Assembly (NCBI GenBank): GCA_963719495.1 | Contig: CAVRCI010000005.1 | Coordinates: 1 to 64,000 of the forward strand | From: an uncultured Verrucomicrobiae bacterium | GTDB lineage: Bacteria; Verrucomicrobiota; Verrucomicrobiia; Chthoniobacterales; JAATET01 | Direction of reading: 5' to 3' | DNA: 64,000 nt | Shown here: one piece after another, positions 47,834 to 57,623 of the stretch | How the letters are laid out: every line of letters starts with the position of its first letter | Numbering within the stretch: the first letter of the stretch is position 1 | Made by a program: the position numbers and the translations under genes | The notes under the pieces: model-generated | Seen by the model: only the letters and a program-made list of their open reading frames with translations | Told to the model about the DNA's origin: nothing | Database searches by the model: none

Positions 47834-48384
47834 GGTGCCGCCGTCACCTCCTTCGCGAGCAGCGGCACGTCGAGCACGAGATTGAGCCGGATGTCGTTGC
47901 CGTTCTCGCCGCGCACAATTTTGAGGTCCGTCACCCGTGACGACGGCATCGTCTCCTCGACCTGTCCGAGCCAATTGAGCGTCTTCGCAAAATCATCTTC
48001 AAAGGTCAGGTGCGCCCGCAGCACCCGCGGGATCGCGTCGTTCCCCGCGTTCGCCGCGACTTCGAAGCGCTGCGCCAGCGTGACGAGACCAGCCTCCTTC
48101 ACCCGTGAAGCGACGTTCAGCTCGCCGCCTTCCGGCGTGTCGACCTGCGACAGCGGACCCACCCACGCGTCGAGAAATTCCCGCATCGCGGCCGACGTCT
48201 CCTCGATCCCCCGCATGGCCGCGCGCTCCGTCCCGAGCAGCAGCTCCGTCCCGCCAGCCAGGGCCTGCGCGTCGGCCACCTCGTTCTGCAAAGCCACCAG
48301 ACGCTTACGCACCTCGACCACACCTTGAAGCATGAGCAAGGCGAGCAGTCCGACGACGATCACCGCGAAGTGCTTGCGGTTCAT
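47830..48384 (-). CDS. PilO-like protein
   Basis: N-terminal TM, coiled coil and beta-rich C-terminus. Assignment is positional. Confidence 0.65.
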   Translation of the reverse strand: MNRKHFAVIVVGLLALLMLQGVVEVRKRLVALQNEVADAQALAGGTELLLGTERAAMRGIEETSAAMREFLDAWVGPLSQVDTPEGGELNVASRVKEAGLVTLAQRFEVAANAGNDAIPRVLRAHLTFEDDFAKTLNWLGQVEETMPSSRVTDLKIVRGENGNDIRLNLVLDVPLLAKEVTAAP

Positions 48385-48953
48385 TCGTCCGCCCCCCCGC
48401 CGGTTTGCCGGATGAGCGTGGCCTCGTAGGCGATCTGATTCCCCTCCTGACTCTGCTGCGCGGAGAATGGCCGGAAATCGGCACCCCGCACGGCGGCGAT
48501 CACGGGTTCCAACGCCGCGCCTTCGCTGGCCTGCAATTTGATCGCGATCTGCACCTGCCGGTCCGTCGCGGTGTCTCGGCTCAGGTCGAGTTCCACGATG
48601 GCCGCCCGCTCGGAGACGCTGTCCGCGACGGCGACCGCGAGCGGCTGGAGATTCGCCGATCCTTCGACCCAGCGCAGAACGTCGCTCGCGCGCTTGGCCT
48701 TGGTCTCGAGCGCGGCGCGTTCGATCTTCGTCCGCTCCAGGTTGGTCTGCGCCTCCGCCCCGCGCTCCCGGGCGGCCAGCAGCTCGCCGTTGGCCTGACC
48801 AATTTGCAGGATCGTCACCGTCGAGAGCACGATGGCCGCGAAGGTGCAGAGGTAAAACAGGAGCGGCACCAGTCGCAGCGTCACCGCCAGCGGCGGCAGC
48901 ACGTCGGGCCGACCCATCTTCAGGTCGTGAACGGTCTCCGGCGCGATGATCAC
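48381..48953 (-). CDS. PilN-like protein
   Basis: TM plus coiled coil. Assignment is positional. Confidence 0.65.
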   Translation of the reverse strand: MIIAPETVHDLKMGRPDVLPPLAVTLRLVPLLFYLCTFAAIVLSTVTILQIGQANGELLAARERGAEAQTNLERTKIERAALETKAKRASDVLRWVEGSANLQPLAVAVADSVSERAAIVELDLSRDTATDRQVQIAIKLQASEGAALEPVIAAVRGADFRPFSAQQSQEGNQIAYEATLIRQTGGGADE

Positions 48954-48987
48954 GAGATCCCGCCCTCCAATTTTTCACCGCGCGCGC

Positions 48988-49881
48988 TCATCGATCCGCC
49001 AGCACGCTCCACAGTTGATCGTCCCGTCCGTGCTCCACGATCTCGGCCTTCGGGAGTCTTTCGCGCAGCGCGCCAAGCATCGCCGAATCGGCGTGATCGG
49101 CCGCGAAATGCACCACCGCCCCGCCGTCCAACCGCGCGATCAGCGGCTCGAGAATTTTGGTCACCGGCTCGACGTCCCCGTCCTTGTAGAGATCGCTCCG
49201 CGACCGCAGGTCCGTCCACAGCTCGCCCGATTCGAGCATCGCGCACACCGACCCCTCGCAACACACCACGAACAAAACGCTCGAACGCCGGGCGGTCGCC
49301 TCCTCCTTCTCCCGGCCCGCCTTCCCGCCCGGATGCACGATCTCGAGCAGCCGCCGGAGCATCGCGTAGGTCCCGCAAGAGATCCGGCCGACGCTCAACC
49401 CGGCATCGCGCAACACACCCTCGGTTTGTTTGATCTGCTCCTCTTCGACGGTCAGCAGGATGGTCGCGACGCTCTCGGGATTATTCGTCAGAGCGTAGCG
49501 CTTCCCCCGCTCGTAACGTCCGCCGAGCACCGCGCGTGGATTCGATCGCAGCAACTGCTCGATTCCGGGTTTGCGCGAAACGTTCGTCTCGAGGCTGATC
49601 ACGTAGCGGGCGTTCAGCGACACCGCGCACCACCCGTCGTCGGTGAGCGCCCGCCACTCCGCCGCCATCGCCGCAGCGATTTCCTTGAAATCTCCAGCCT
49701 GCTCGCCGCCCTCGACGAACTTCCCGTTTCGGGCCACGCCCTTCCACGAGGTTTGCCCACGCCCGACGTTGAGAAGCAGCGTCCGCTTTCCCGCAAACCG
49801 CCGCGCCCAGGACTCCGCCGGATCGTCCGGCTCGGGTCGGAACGCCCGGAAGGCCAGCACGCTCTTGATGTCGGCCAGCAT
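48988..49881 (-). CDS. PilM-like cytoplasmic protein
   Basis: Soluble protein preceding the PilN/O-like genes. Assignment is positional. Confidence 0.55.
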   Translation of the reverse strand: MLADIKSVLAFRAFRPEPDDPAESWARRFAGKRTLLLNVGRGQTSWKGVARNGKFVEGGEQAGDFKEIAAAMAAEWRALTDDGWCAVSLNARYVISLETNVSRKPGIEQLLRSNPRAVLGGRYERGKRYALTNNPESVATILLTVEEEQIKQTEGVLRDAGLSVGRISCGTYAMLRRLLEIVHPGGKAGREKEEATARRSSVLFVVCCEGSVCAMLESGELWTDLRSRSDLYKDGDVEPVTKILEPLIARLDGGAVVHFAADHADSAMLGALRERLPKAEIVEHGRDDQLWSVLADR

Positions 49882-50933
49882 CAGACCTCGATCCTCCCCT
49901 GCGCATCGAGGTAATCCTCGACCTCTTCGCGACCAAATCCCGTCGGCCGCGGCGAGCTGCTGCGGAACCCATCGGCCTCCCGCAGCTCGATGCTTTTGTC
50001 GAAATTATTCATCCCGCGTTTCCAGCCGGTCTCGAGTTCCTGGTCCAATTTTTTGAAATCCCCGCGCCGGATGAGGTTCACCACCCCATCGTATTGCAGC
50101 AGCACCTCATGGATCGGGAACCGCTTGTTCTTTTCGGTGTCGAGCATCAGGCGCTGACACAAAATCAGCCGCAAACAATCGGCCATCGTCGCCTGCGCGG
50201 TCTCCATCCGGTCCGACGGAATCAATTTGAGAAAACGGCTCACCGTCTGCGCGGCCGACGACGTGTGGAGCGTCGCCACCACCGCGTGCCCGGTCTCCGA
50301 CGCCTGCAGCGCGATCTCCGCCGTCTCGCCATCGCGAATCTCGCCCACCACGATCACGTCCGGAGCCTGCCGCAGAGCCGCCCGCAGTGCTCCGGCGAAA
50401 TCGTGTTCGTCGCTGCCCATCTCCCGCTGCGACACCAGCGAGGGATAGGTCTCCGGGTAAACGAACTCGATCGGATCTTCGAAGGTGATCACGTGCTCCC
50501 GCCGCCGCTCCGCCCGATACCGCACCATCGAGGCGATCGTCGTCGACTTGCCGCTGCCCGTCGCCCCGCACACGAGAAAGAGCCCGTTCTTGCTCTCGAG
50601 AAAAGCTTTCAGCGCCGGCGGTGGGATTTGGATCGCGTCCGGATCGGGAATGTCCCGCGGCAGGAGACGCAGCACCCAGCGAAACCGCCCCTTCGTCACC
50701 ATCCGGCTCACGCGGAACCGGTGCGGCCCGATGTCCATCGCGTAATCCAAACACCCGGCGTGCATCTCGGGCAAGGCCGCCGGTTCGTAGCGAAAGTCGT
50801 CGATGATGAGTTCGCCGTTCGTCTTGTAACAAAGCGGGTCCCCCGGCGTGACGTAGAAATCACTGACGCCGGAATCCTCGGCAAGCGCGACGATGCGCGC
50901 GCCGAGCGGGGAATGTGCGGTGACGTCGTCCAT
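49881..50933 (-). CDS. pilT: PilT/PilU-family retraction ATPase
   Basis: GATGSGKSTT, TFEDPIEF, ALRQAPDVIVVGEIRD, ETGH..TLHT. Confidence 0.88.
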   Translation of the reverse strand: MDDVTAHSPLGARIVALAEDSGVSDFYVTPGDPLCYKTNGELIIDDFRYEPAALPEMHAGCLDYAMDIGPHRFRVSRMVTKGRFRWVLRLLPRDIPDPDAIQIPPPALKAFLESKNGLFLVCGATGSGKSTTIASMVRYRAERRREHVITFEDPIEFVYPETYPSLVSQREMGSDEHDFAGALRAALRQAPDVIVVGEIRDGETAEIALQASETGHAVVATLHTSSAAQTVSRFLKLIPSDRMETAQATMADCLRLILCQRLMLDTEKNKRFPIHEVLLQYDGVVNLIRRGDFKKLDQELETGWKRGMNNFDKSIELREADGFRSSSPRPTGFGREEVEDYLDAQGRIEV

Positions 50934-50948
50934 GAGCTTAGCGAGTTC

Positions 50949-51341
50949 GAACCACGGATGGACACGGATGAACCCAGATGGTCTCAAAAACTTCGGCGCA
51001 ACCATCCCCCAAACCTGTTCTCGTTGCGAGGACCCCGAACGCGCCAGCGAGTCGGGAAGCCGGGGATGACATTGGCAACCCCGCGGCAGCAGCCGCCCCC
51101 ATCGGGCATTCGGAGGGCGAGGCTCCTGCCGAGCCGTGGCCTTCACGTTGGATTCGGCCCACGCAGACCGATGTCATTGGCAGCGAAGTGAAAGATCTCC
51201 GGCCTCGCCTGCGAAACCGCCCACCACCCAGGAAAGTCAGAGATCCTTCGCTCCGCTCAGAATGACAAGATTGCAAAAAGCGATCCGCGTTCATCCGTGT
51301 CCATCCGCGGTTCCTCATCAAGTATGTCCATCCGTGGTCCC
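50949..51341. repeat. nested cluster of three or more REP-like families
   Basis: An outer IR (50949-50979 / 51283-51313) encloses a family C arm (51112-51139) and a TGTCAT..GATCT pair (51172-51198 / 51241-51267). Confidence 0.85.
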
Positions 51342-51344
51342 GCA

Positions 51345-53816
51345 TCAGAACTCCTCCGTGATCGTCGCCTGCGTGATCGCCACACCGTTGCCGTTGATCG
51401 AGAGCGTCTTCGCTACGACGCTACCCGTGAACGTTCCGTTCAGATTCACCCGGCTGTCCGGCGCCGTCAGATCGGTGTAGGCCTGCGCCCCGCTGTTCAC
51501 CGTGAAATCCCCCGACGCGATCCGCAGATTCAGCCACTCCGGGTGCTCCGAATTCCCCATGATGGACGAATTGATGTTCACGCCATTGGCCAGCGTCAGG
51601 ATCACCGGACCCACGACTTTGAGCTGACTGTTGCCGTTGAGATTCAAACGTTCGAAGTTATAGACCGTCGGCGTCGTCGCGCCAACCGTTCCGATCACGA
51701 AGCTGGTTCCACTGCCGGAATTCAGCTGACCCCAGTTCCCCGGCAACAACTCGACGTTGCCCGCGTTGCTGTTGAGATTCACGTTCGCCGCGCTGTTCGC
51801 GTTCAGCGGACTCGCGGGCTGCGAGTTGACGTTGGCGGAGTTTCCGTTGCTCGGACTCGGGGGCCGCGGCACGCTCGGCGGAACGAACACGTCGACGCGG
51901 CGGAAGATTTTCCCCTCGATCGTCGACCCCGAGTTCAACCGGATGACGTAGTTGTTCGGGTTCGGGCTGCCGTTCAGATCGACGATTTTGCGCGTATCCG
52001 TCGCCGGGATTACCTCCGATCCGTCCGACAAAAACTGCCGCCCCTCGATCACACCCCCATTCCCCGTCTGCACCTGCGGCGTCCCCCGAACGAAGAGATT
52101 ACCCGCCTTGATCCGAGCGCCGCTGTTGAAATTGAAATCCCGGGTCGACGTCAGGATCAGCGACCCGATGTAGGTCCCGTTGATCTGCGCGTCGCCGACG
52201 AGCGCCCCCGTGCCGCCGGAGCCATTCGTGTAAACCGCCGTTGAGACCGCGCTCGGCACGAACCATTGCGCCAGATTCGACGGGGGAAAAATCCGCGCTT
52301 TCACGATGCCCGACCCATCCGTCGTCCCGGTCTGAAACGCTCCGGTGTAAAGGATGCCGCTGGTCGGCTCGCCCGCCGCCATCCCCGGCTCCGCGCCATT
52401 CGTGAGGTAGTAAAAACGAATGCCCGACGGATAGGGTTTGTTGATGCCCTCGTAGAGGCTCACCGGCAGATCCGCCGACCGCGTCGTGCTCCCCGGATCG
52501 ATCAACGGTCGCCACAACGTGATCTTTTCGATCCCGACGTTTCCGCTCTTCACGGGCGAACTCGCGAAATACGTCGTATCCACCGCCCGCACCGCCGCGC
52601 GGATCTCCAACCCGGTCGCCGAAAATCCCGCCAGCGGCAAACTGATCGTCACGTCGCTCACTCCGTCCCACGAACCCGGCGGCGTCTGCGCGGTGCCGGA
52701 CGTCAGCGGATCGGTTCCGTCCGTCGTCCAAACGACCTGATAAAATCCGCTCCCGCGGTAGGCCGCCGGGACCTCGCTCGTATTCGTGCTCAACGTCGCC
52801 GTGCGCGGCGCCGGATTCGACGAATTCGACATCGCACCCCCGACTTCCAGATACGTCAACGCAGTCTTCGCCGGCATCGCCAACTCCGCCGTCAGTTGAA
52901 ACGGCACCGCCGAATACGTCGCCGACACCGGCGGGCTGTCCAGCCACCGCGTCGGATCGATCGACTGCGCGTAGATCCCCGAGACCGTCCCGCCCGGCGA
53001 CACCACGATCGGCGTCCCGTCGTAGATCGTGTCCGGTTGCTGACGCAGCCGCGACGCACCCGCCGGGTTGAGGTTCGTCAGCGTAACCGTCATCGGAAAA
53101 TCGAAGATTGCGTAGGTGCTCCCTGGCGGCGAAAGCGTCGGCGCCGCCAGCACTTGCGGCGTCGGCGCACCGGGCGTGCCCGTCGCTGTCGCCGTCCCGG
53201 TGTCCGGAGTCGTCGGCCCCGTATTCGCCGTCACCGTCGCATCGACGTAATCCCACACCCACGGTTCCGTCACCGCCTGCTCGTTGCTCGTCGTCCGCGC
53301 CGCCGCCGCGAGCGCCGCCTCACCCGTCGCCGCGTCCAGTTCGAACCGCTTCACGCCAATCCCGCCCGAGCTCACGATCACCATTTGCTTCGCCGTCGCG
53401 TCCCACCGCGCCCGCGGCCGCGACGAAGCCGCCTCGTCCGAATCCTGCAGCACCCCGACCATGCGCGGATCCAGCGTCCCGCCGCGAAACCCCGTCACCC
53501 GCGCGCCGGTCGACGCCGTCGCCGCGCGCTTCAATTCGGTGAGCACCGCATTCACGTTCGTCGTCGCCGGCAACGCCCCACCGCTCACCCGGAAAACCTG
53601 CACCGCTGTATTGATCACCGCCACGTCGCTCTCGAGCTTCGTCACGCGATTCCCCTCCGCGACATTGCTGACCACCACGACCCCAACGCCGCTCAAGATT
53701 CCGATCACCGCGACGACGATCAACACCTCGATCAAGGTGAACGCGGCCATCCGTCCGCGACGAGCTTTCGAAGCCGCGGAAAAGCAGGGCACGGAAGTGG
53801 CTGGACTTTCTTTCAC
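51345..53816 (-). CDS. large pilin-like adhesin
   Basis: A|FTLIEVLIVVAVI, Fn3-associated-like motifs (WTTDGTDP, YLTNGAEP), Asn/Gly-rich beta-solenoid-like C-terminus. Confidence 0.85.
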   Translation of the reverse strand: MKESPATSVPCFSAASKARRGRMAAFTLIEVLIVVAVIGILSGVGVVVVSNVAEGNRVTKLESDVAVINTAVQVFRVSGGALPATTNVNAVLTELKRAATASTGARVTGFRGGTLDPRMVGVLQDSDEAASSRPRARWDATAKQMVIVSSGGIGVKRFELDAATGEAALAAAARTTSNEQAVTEPWVWDYVDATVTANTGPTTPDTGTATATGTPGAPTPQVLAAPTLSPPGSTYAIFDFPMTVTLTNLNPAGASRLRQQPDTIYDGTPIVVSPGGTVSGIYAQSIDPTRWLDSPPVSATYSAVPFQLTAELAMPAKTALTYLEVGGAMSNSSNPAPRTATLSTNTSEVPAAYRGSGFYQVVWTTDGTDPLTSGTAQTPPGSWDGVSDVTISLPLAGFSATGLEIRAAVRAVDTTYFASSPVKSGNVGIEKITLWRPLIDPGSTTRSADLPVSLYEGINKPYPSGIRFYYLTNGAEPGMAAGEPTSGILYTGAFQTGTTDGSGIVKARIFPPSNLAQWFVPSAVSTAVYTNGSGGTGALVGDAQINGTYIGSLILTSTRDFNFNSGARIKAGNLFVRGTPQVQTGNGGVIEGRQFLSDGSEVIPATDTRKIVDLNGSPNPNNYVIRLNSGSTIEGKIFRRVDVFVPPSVPRPPSPSNGNSANVNSQPASPLNANSAANVNLNSNAGNVELLPGNWGQLNSGSGTSFVIGTVGATTPTVYNFERLNLNGNSQLKVVGPVILTLANGVNINSSIMGNSEHPEWLNLRIASGDFTVNSGAQAYTDLTAPDSRVNLNGTFTGSVVAKTLSINGNGVAITQATITEEF

Positions 53817-53938
53817 GATTTAGGGTTGATTCGCGAAGGAAACTCCGTTGTAACGCGCTTGAGAAGAAACACGGATTGCGATTCCACGCAACATTTAAGC
53901 CGAACATTCTGAAGACCCCGCCCGCCAAACCTTCCCCT

Positions 53939-55933
53939 TTGCCTCGCCTTTCCCGACCCGTCCTCGTCGTCCTCTCGCTCCTGATCTGCGCCCTCGGCGC
54001 ACCGGTTCAGGCGCAGCTCGGACCCGACCCGAACGCCGCGATCGTCTCGACCAATCTGCGCAGCCAACCGCCGCGCGATTACGATTTCAATCGGGCCTCC
54101 CTTCGCGACGTCCTGCGCTTCCTCGCGACCGACGCCGGCATCTCCTACGTCTCCGTCGCCGAAGTCGCCGACGAAGAGGAAAAACTCGTCACCTTCAGCC
54201 TGCGCGCCAGCCCCTTCCGCGCCCTCGAGATCATCGCGAAGTCCAACGGCATCGATGTCGTCTACGACGACGACGTCTGGTATCTCCGCCCCCTCGACAA
54301 AGAAGAGCTGGTCGCCCGCATCTACAAGCTCCGCTACAACACCCAGGAGAAAGTTACCTCGGACTCCGCGGCATCCACCGCGCCCGGATCTCAGAACGGT
54401 GGTCTTGGCGGTAGTCAGGAAAGCAGCACGGGCGGTGGACCCGACCTCGGCCTCTCCCTCTCCGGTGTCACGAACATCTTTCAAACCGACCCGAAGCAAC
54501 TCATCGCCGACATCACCAGTCTCATCGGCGTCCCCGAGCCTGGCCTCGCCGCGTCACTCGGCGTCTCCGTCGACGGAGCGGAGAGCAACACCACCGGTCG
54601 AGTCGGCCCGTCCTCCGCCGGCGAGCCGGGCGGCCCGCAGGTCATCTGGAACTCCGATTCCAACACCCTCTACGTCGTCGCCACCCGGAATCAGCAAGGC
54701 CTCGTCGAAGGTTACCTCGAATCGATGGATCGCCCGCAGCCGCTCATCGCCATCGAGGTCAAATTCATCGAAACCAACCGCAATCCCCGCGAGCAGCTCG
54801 GCGTCGATTGGTCCGGCACCCTCCAGGAGGGCTTCACCGCCGCCGCCCGCAACATCACCGCATCGCCCAATGGCTCGCTCGTCTTCTCCTCCGACACCAA
54901 CGACTCGTTGCAGACCGGCAACCCCGCAGGAGAAGGTGCCAATTTCGACATCCGCACGAACGACCGCCTCCGCAGCATCTCGGCGTCCGCCCCCTACTCC
55001 GCCGTCCTCTCCGCCAGCGACGTCGCCATCACCCTCCGCGCCTTCCTCGACGACCGCGACAGCACCCAGACGGCCTACCCCCGCGTCCTCACCCGCAACA
55101 ACCGCGAAGTCGTCATCCGCAGCGTCCTCAACCAACCCGTCCTCGCCTCCAGCTCCGCCGTCACTCCCGGAATCGGCGGCACCACCACCTCCAGCATCAG
55201 CTACCTCCCGATCGGCACCATCATCAACGTCCTGCCCAAGGAAATGGAAGACGGCACCGTCGCCCTCAACCTTTCCATCTCGATCTCGAATATCGTGAAC
55301 CAAGTCCGCATCGGCCAGACGCAGGACCTCTTTCCGGTCGCCAGCACCCGGGTCTTCAGCGCCGCCCTTTCCGTGACCTCCGGCTACACCCTCGCGATCG
55401 GCGGCCTCGAAGAAGCGCAGGACATCGATAGCGACAACGGCGTCCCCTTCCTCAAAGACATTCCCATCCTCGGCTACGCGTTCAAAAGCTCCGACCGCAC
55501 CCGCGCCAACCGCAACCTCCTGCTCCTCATCACCCCGACCCTCCTCCCGGCCAACGGCACCGACGGTATGACCGCGAAACCCATCAGCACCGTCCCCCTC
55601 CCGCGCGACGCCCCCACCCCGCCCGCCTTCACCATCGACGGCACCCTCGTCGGCGGAGCCCCCGCCCTCGGCGACGCCGTCCGCTGGCTCGCCTACCAAT
55701 CCCGGTACTTCGACAACCTCATCGCCGAAGCCCGCTTCCTCCCCACCGACCTCGGACGCCTCCGCAGCCTCGTGACCACGAGCGAAATGCTCATCCTCCA
55801 GATCGAGCTGATGAAGGACGGCAACCCCGACCGCGACGCCCGCCTCGACATCGAGCGCGACCAGGTCGCCGACCTCCTCGAACGCCTCGAATCCCAAGCC
55901 AAAAGAGGCCGCAAGATCATCGTCCCAATCTGA
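53939..55933 (+). CDS. secretin (PilQ/GspD family)
   Basis: Signal peptide, MDRPQPLIAIEVKFIE, GVPFLKDIPILGYAFKS, LLLLITP. Start uncertain (ORF open from 53876). Confidence 0.9.
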   Translation: MPRLSRPVLVVLSLLICALGAPVQAQLGPDPNAAIVSTNLRSQPPRDYDFNRASLRDVLRFLATDAGISYVSVAEVADEEEKLVTFSLRASPFRALEIIAKSNGIDVVYDDDVWYLRPLDKEELVARIYKLRYNTQEKVTSDSAASTAPGSQNGGLGGSQESSTGGGPDLGLSLSGVTNIFQTDPKQLIADITSLIGVPEPGLAASLGVSVDGAESNTTGRVGPSSAGEPGGPQVIWNSDSNTLYVVATRNQQGLVEGYLESMDRPQPLIAIEVKFIETNRNPREQLGVDWSGTLQEGFTAAARNITASPNGSLVFSSDTNDSLQTGNPAGEGANFDIRTNDRLRSISASAPYSAVLSASDVAITLRAFLDDRDSTQTAYPRVLTRNNREVVIRSVLNQPVLASSSAVTPGIGGTTTSSISYLPIGTIINVLPKEMEDGTVALNLSISISNIVNQVRIGQTQDLFPVASTRVFSAALSVTSGYTLAIGGLEEAQDIDSDNGVPFLKDIPILGYAFKSSDRTRANRNLLLLITPTLLPANGTDGMTAKPISTVPLPRDAPTPPAFTIDGTLVGGAPALGDAVRWLAYQSRYFDNLIAEARFLPTDLGRLRSLVTTSEMLILQIELMKDGNPDRDARLDIERDQVADLLERLESQAKRGRKIIVPI

Positions 55934-55940
55934 GCGCGCC

Positions 55941-56222
55941 ATGACACCCAACGACCTCCGCAACGCGAAATCCCCCGACAACCTCGCCCCGCTCCAAGCC
56001 GCCCTCTGGCACGAAGCCCGAGGAAACTGGGAGAAATCCCACGAATTAGCCCAGAGCGACGAGACCAGAGCGGGAGCCCACGTCCACGCCTACCTCCACC
56101 GCAAGGAAGGCGATGAAACCAACGCCCGCCACTGGTACGAGCGAGCCGGCCAACCCTTCCCCACCGAAACCCTCGAAGCCGAGTGGGCCAAAATCGCGCA
56201 AGCGATCCCCAATCGTCGGTAG
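55941..56222 (+). CDS. conserved small hypothetical protein
   Basis: WEKSHELAQ...HAYLHRKEGDETNARHWY. Confidence 0.8.
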   Translation: MTPNDLRNAKSPDNLAPLQAALWHEARGNWEKSHELAQSDETRAGAHVHAYLHRKEGDETNARHWYERAGQPFPTETLEAEWAKIAQAIPNRR

Positions 56223-56245
56223 GGAAGCCGCGCCGCCGGGTTCCC
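56218..56245 (+). repeat. REP-like family A copy overlapping the stop codon of the upstream gene
   Basis: ggTAGggaagccgcgccgccgggttccc. Confidence 0.7.
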
Positions 56246-56374
56246 ACTTCCGGTCACAGGCGACGGACCCGCCGCAAAAAAACCTCCGATACCCCGCGAC
56301 AAACGCCGCCGAAAACCTCACCCTCACCCTCCGCTGAACCAGCCCCCACGCTTCGCGAACGAACAAATATCCGA

Positions 56375-57436
56375 ATGAAAGCTTCCGCCCCCGACACCGA
56401 ACGCCAACTCGAATTCGACTTCCTGCGCGCGACCGAAATCGCCGCCCTCAACACGCTGGCCTGGCTCGGCAAAGGCGACAAGGAGTCCGCCGACCTCGCG
56501 GCCTGTGACGCCATTCGCGGCATGTTCGACCTCATGGACATGCGCGGCGAAATCGTGATCGGCGAAGGCATCAAGGACGAGGCACCCGGCCTCTTCGTCG
56601 GAGAAAAGGTCGGCAATTGGAAGGAGGGCACCTCCCGCTTCGAGATCGCGCTCGACCCCGTCGACGGCACGACGAACGCCAGCAAGGGAATGCCGAATTC
56701 GCTCAGCTGCATCGCCGCCGCCCTCCGCACCGACGAAGGCGACGGAGCCGCCTGTCTCCAGGACATCCCGGCCTTTTACCTGAAGAAGCTGGCCTACCCG
56801 CTGGCCGTGCGCCGGGCCTGGATGGAGGACAACCACCTTCCGATCGACATCGACGCGCCCATCGAAGAGGTCATCGACGTGACCGCCAGGATTCTCGAAA
56901 AGGAAGTGCGCGACGTCGTGCTTTGCGTCCTGGACCGTCCGCGCAATCAGGACCTCATCGAGGCCGTCCGCCGCAAGGGAGCGACGCTTCGCATGATCGT
57001 CGACGGCGACATCTCCGCCGCCCTCGCACCCGCAATGCTCACGTCCGGGATCGACCTCTACGCCGGCATCGGCGGGACGCCCGAAGGCATCCTCTCGGCC
57101 GCGGGACTTCGCTGCCTCGGCGGCGGCATGCGCGCGAAGATCTGGCCCCGCGACGACGCGGAGCGCAAGTCGCTCGTCGACGCCGGTTGGGGCGACCGCA
57201 TCGACCAGCAGTTCATGTCGAAGGACCTCGCGCGCGGCGAAAACATCATCTTCGCGGCGACCGGCATCAGCCAGAGCCCGCTCGTGCGCGGCGTGAAGGT
57301 GCGCGGCTCGATCGCGACCACCTACTCCGTCCTCATGCGCGCCCGCAGCGGGACGGTCAGATTTCTGGAAACCCACCACAACCTTCGCCGCAAGACCATC
57401 CACCTCCGCTCGACGCAGAGCGAGGCAGCCGTCTGA
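56375..57436 (+). CDS. glpX: fructose-1,6-bisphosphatase class II
   Basis: RATEIAA, IVIGEG, DPVDGT, LDRPR, GIGGTPEG, FAATGI. Confidence 0.93.
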   Translation: MKASAPDTERQLEFDFLRATEIAALNTLAWLGKGDKESADLAACDAIRGMFDLMDMRGEIVIGEGIKDEAPGLFVGEKVGNWKEGTSRFEIALDPVDGTTNASKGMPNSLSCIAAALRTDEGDGAACLQDIPAFYLKKLAYPLAVRRAWMEDNHLPIDIDAPIEEVIDVTARILEKEVRDVVLCVLDRPRNQDLIEAVRRKGATLRMIVDGDISAALAPAMLTSGIDLYAGIGGTPEGILSAAGLRCLGGGMRAKIWPRDDAERKSLVDAGWGDRIDQQFMSKDLARGENIIFAATGISQSPLVRGVKVRGSIATTYSVLMRARSGTVRFLETHHNLRRKTIHLRSTQSEAAV

Positions 57437-57623
57437 GGGCGGCGCGCACGACTACGCCAACGATCTCGGTCACCCCAAAGACCTGGGGCGGAGGTCCGGG
57501 CCGCCCTCACCCACATCGAGTCGGCCACCGGAAAAACGTTTGGCAGCACGCCCGATCCACTCCTCGTCTCGGTTCACTCCGGCGCCCGCGAATCCATGCC
57601 GGGGATGATGGACACCCGCCGGA

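Noticed and set aside
50934..51146. 71-aa N-terminal extension of PilT through repeats
   Set aside because: ATG 50933 gives a normal-length PilT, and nothing forces translation of the repeats.
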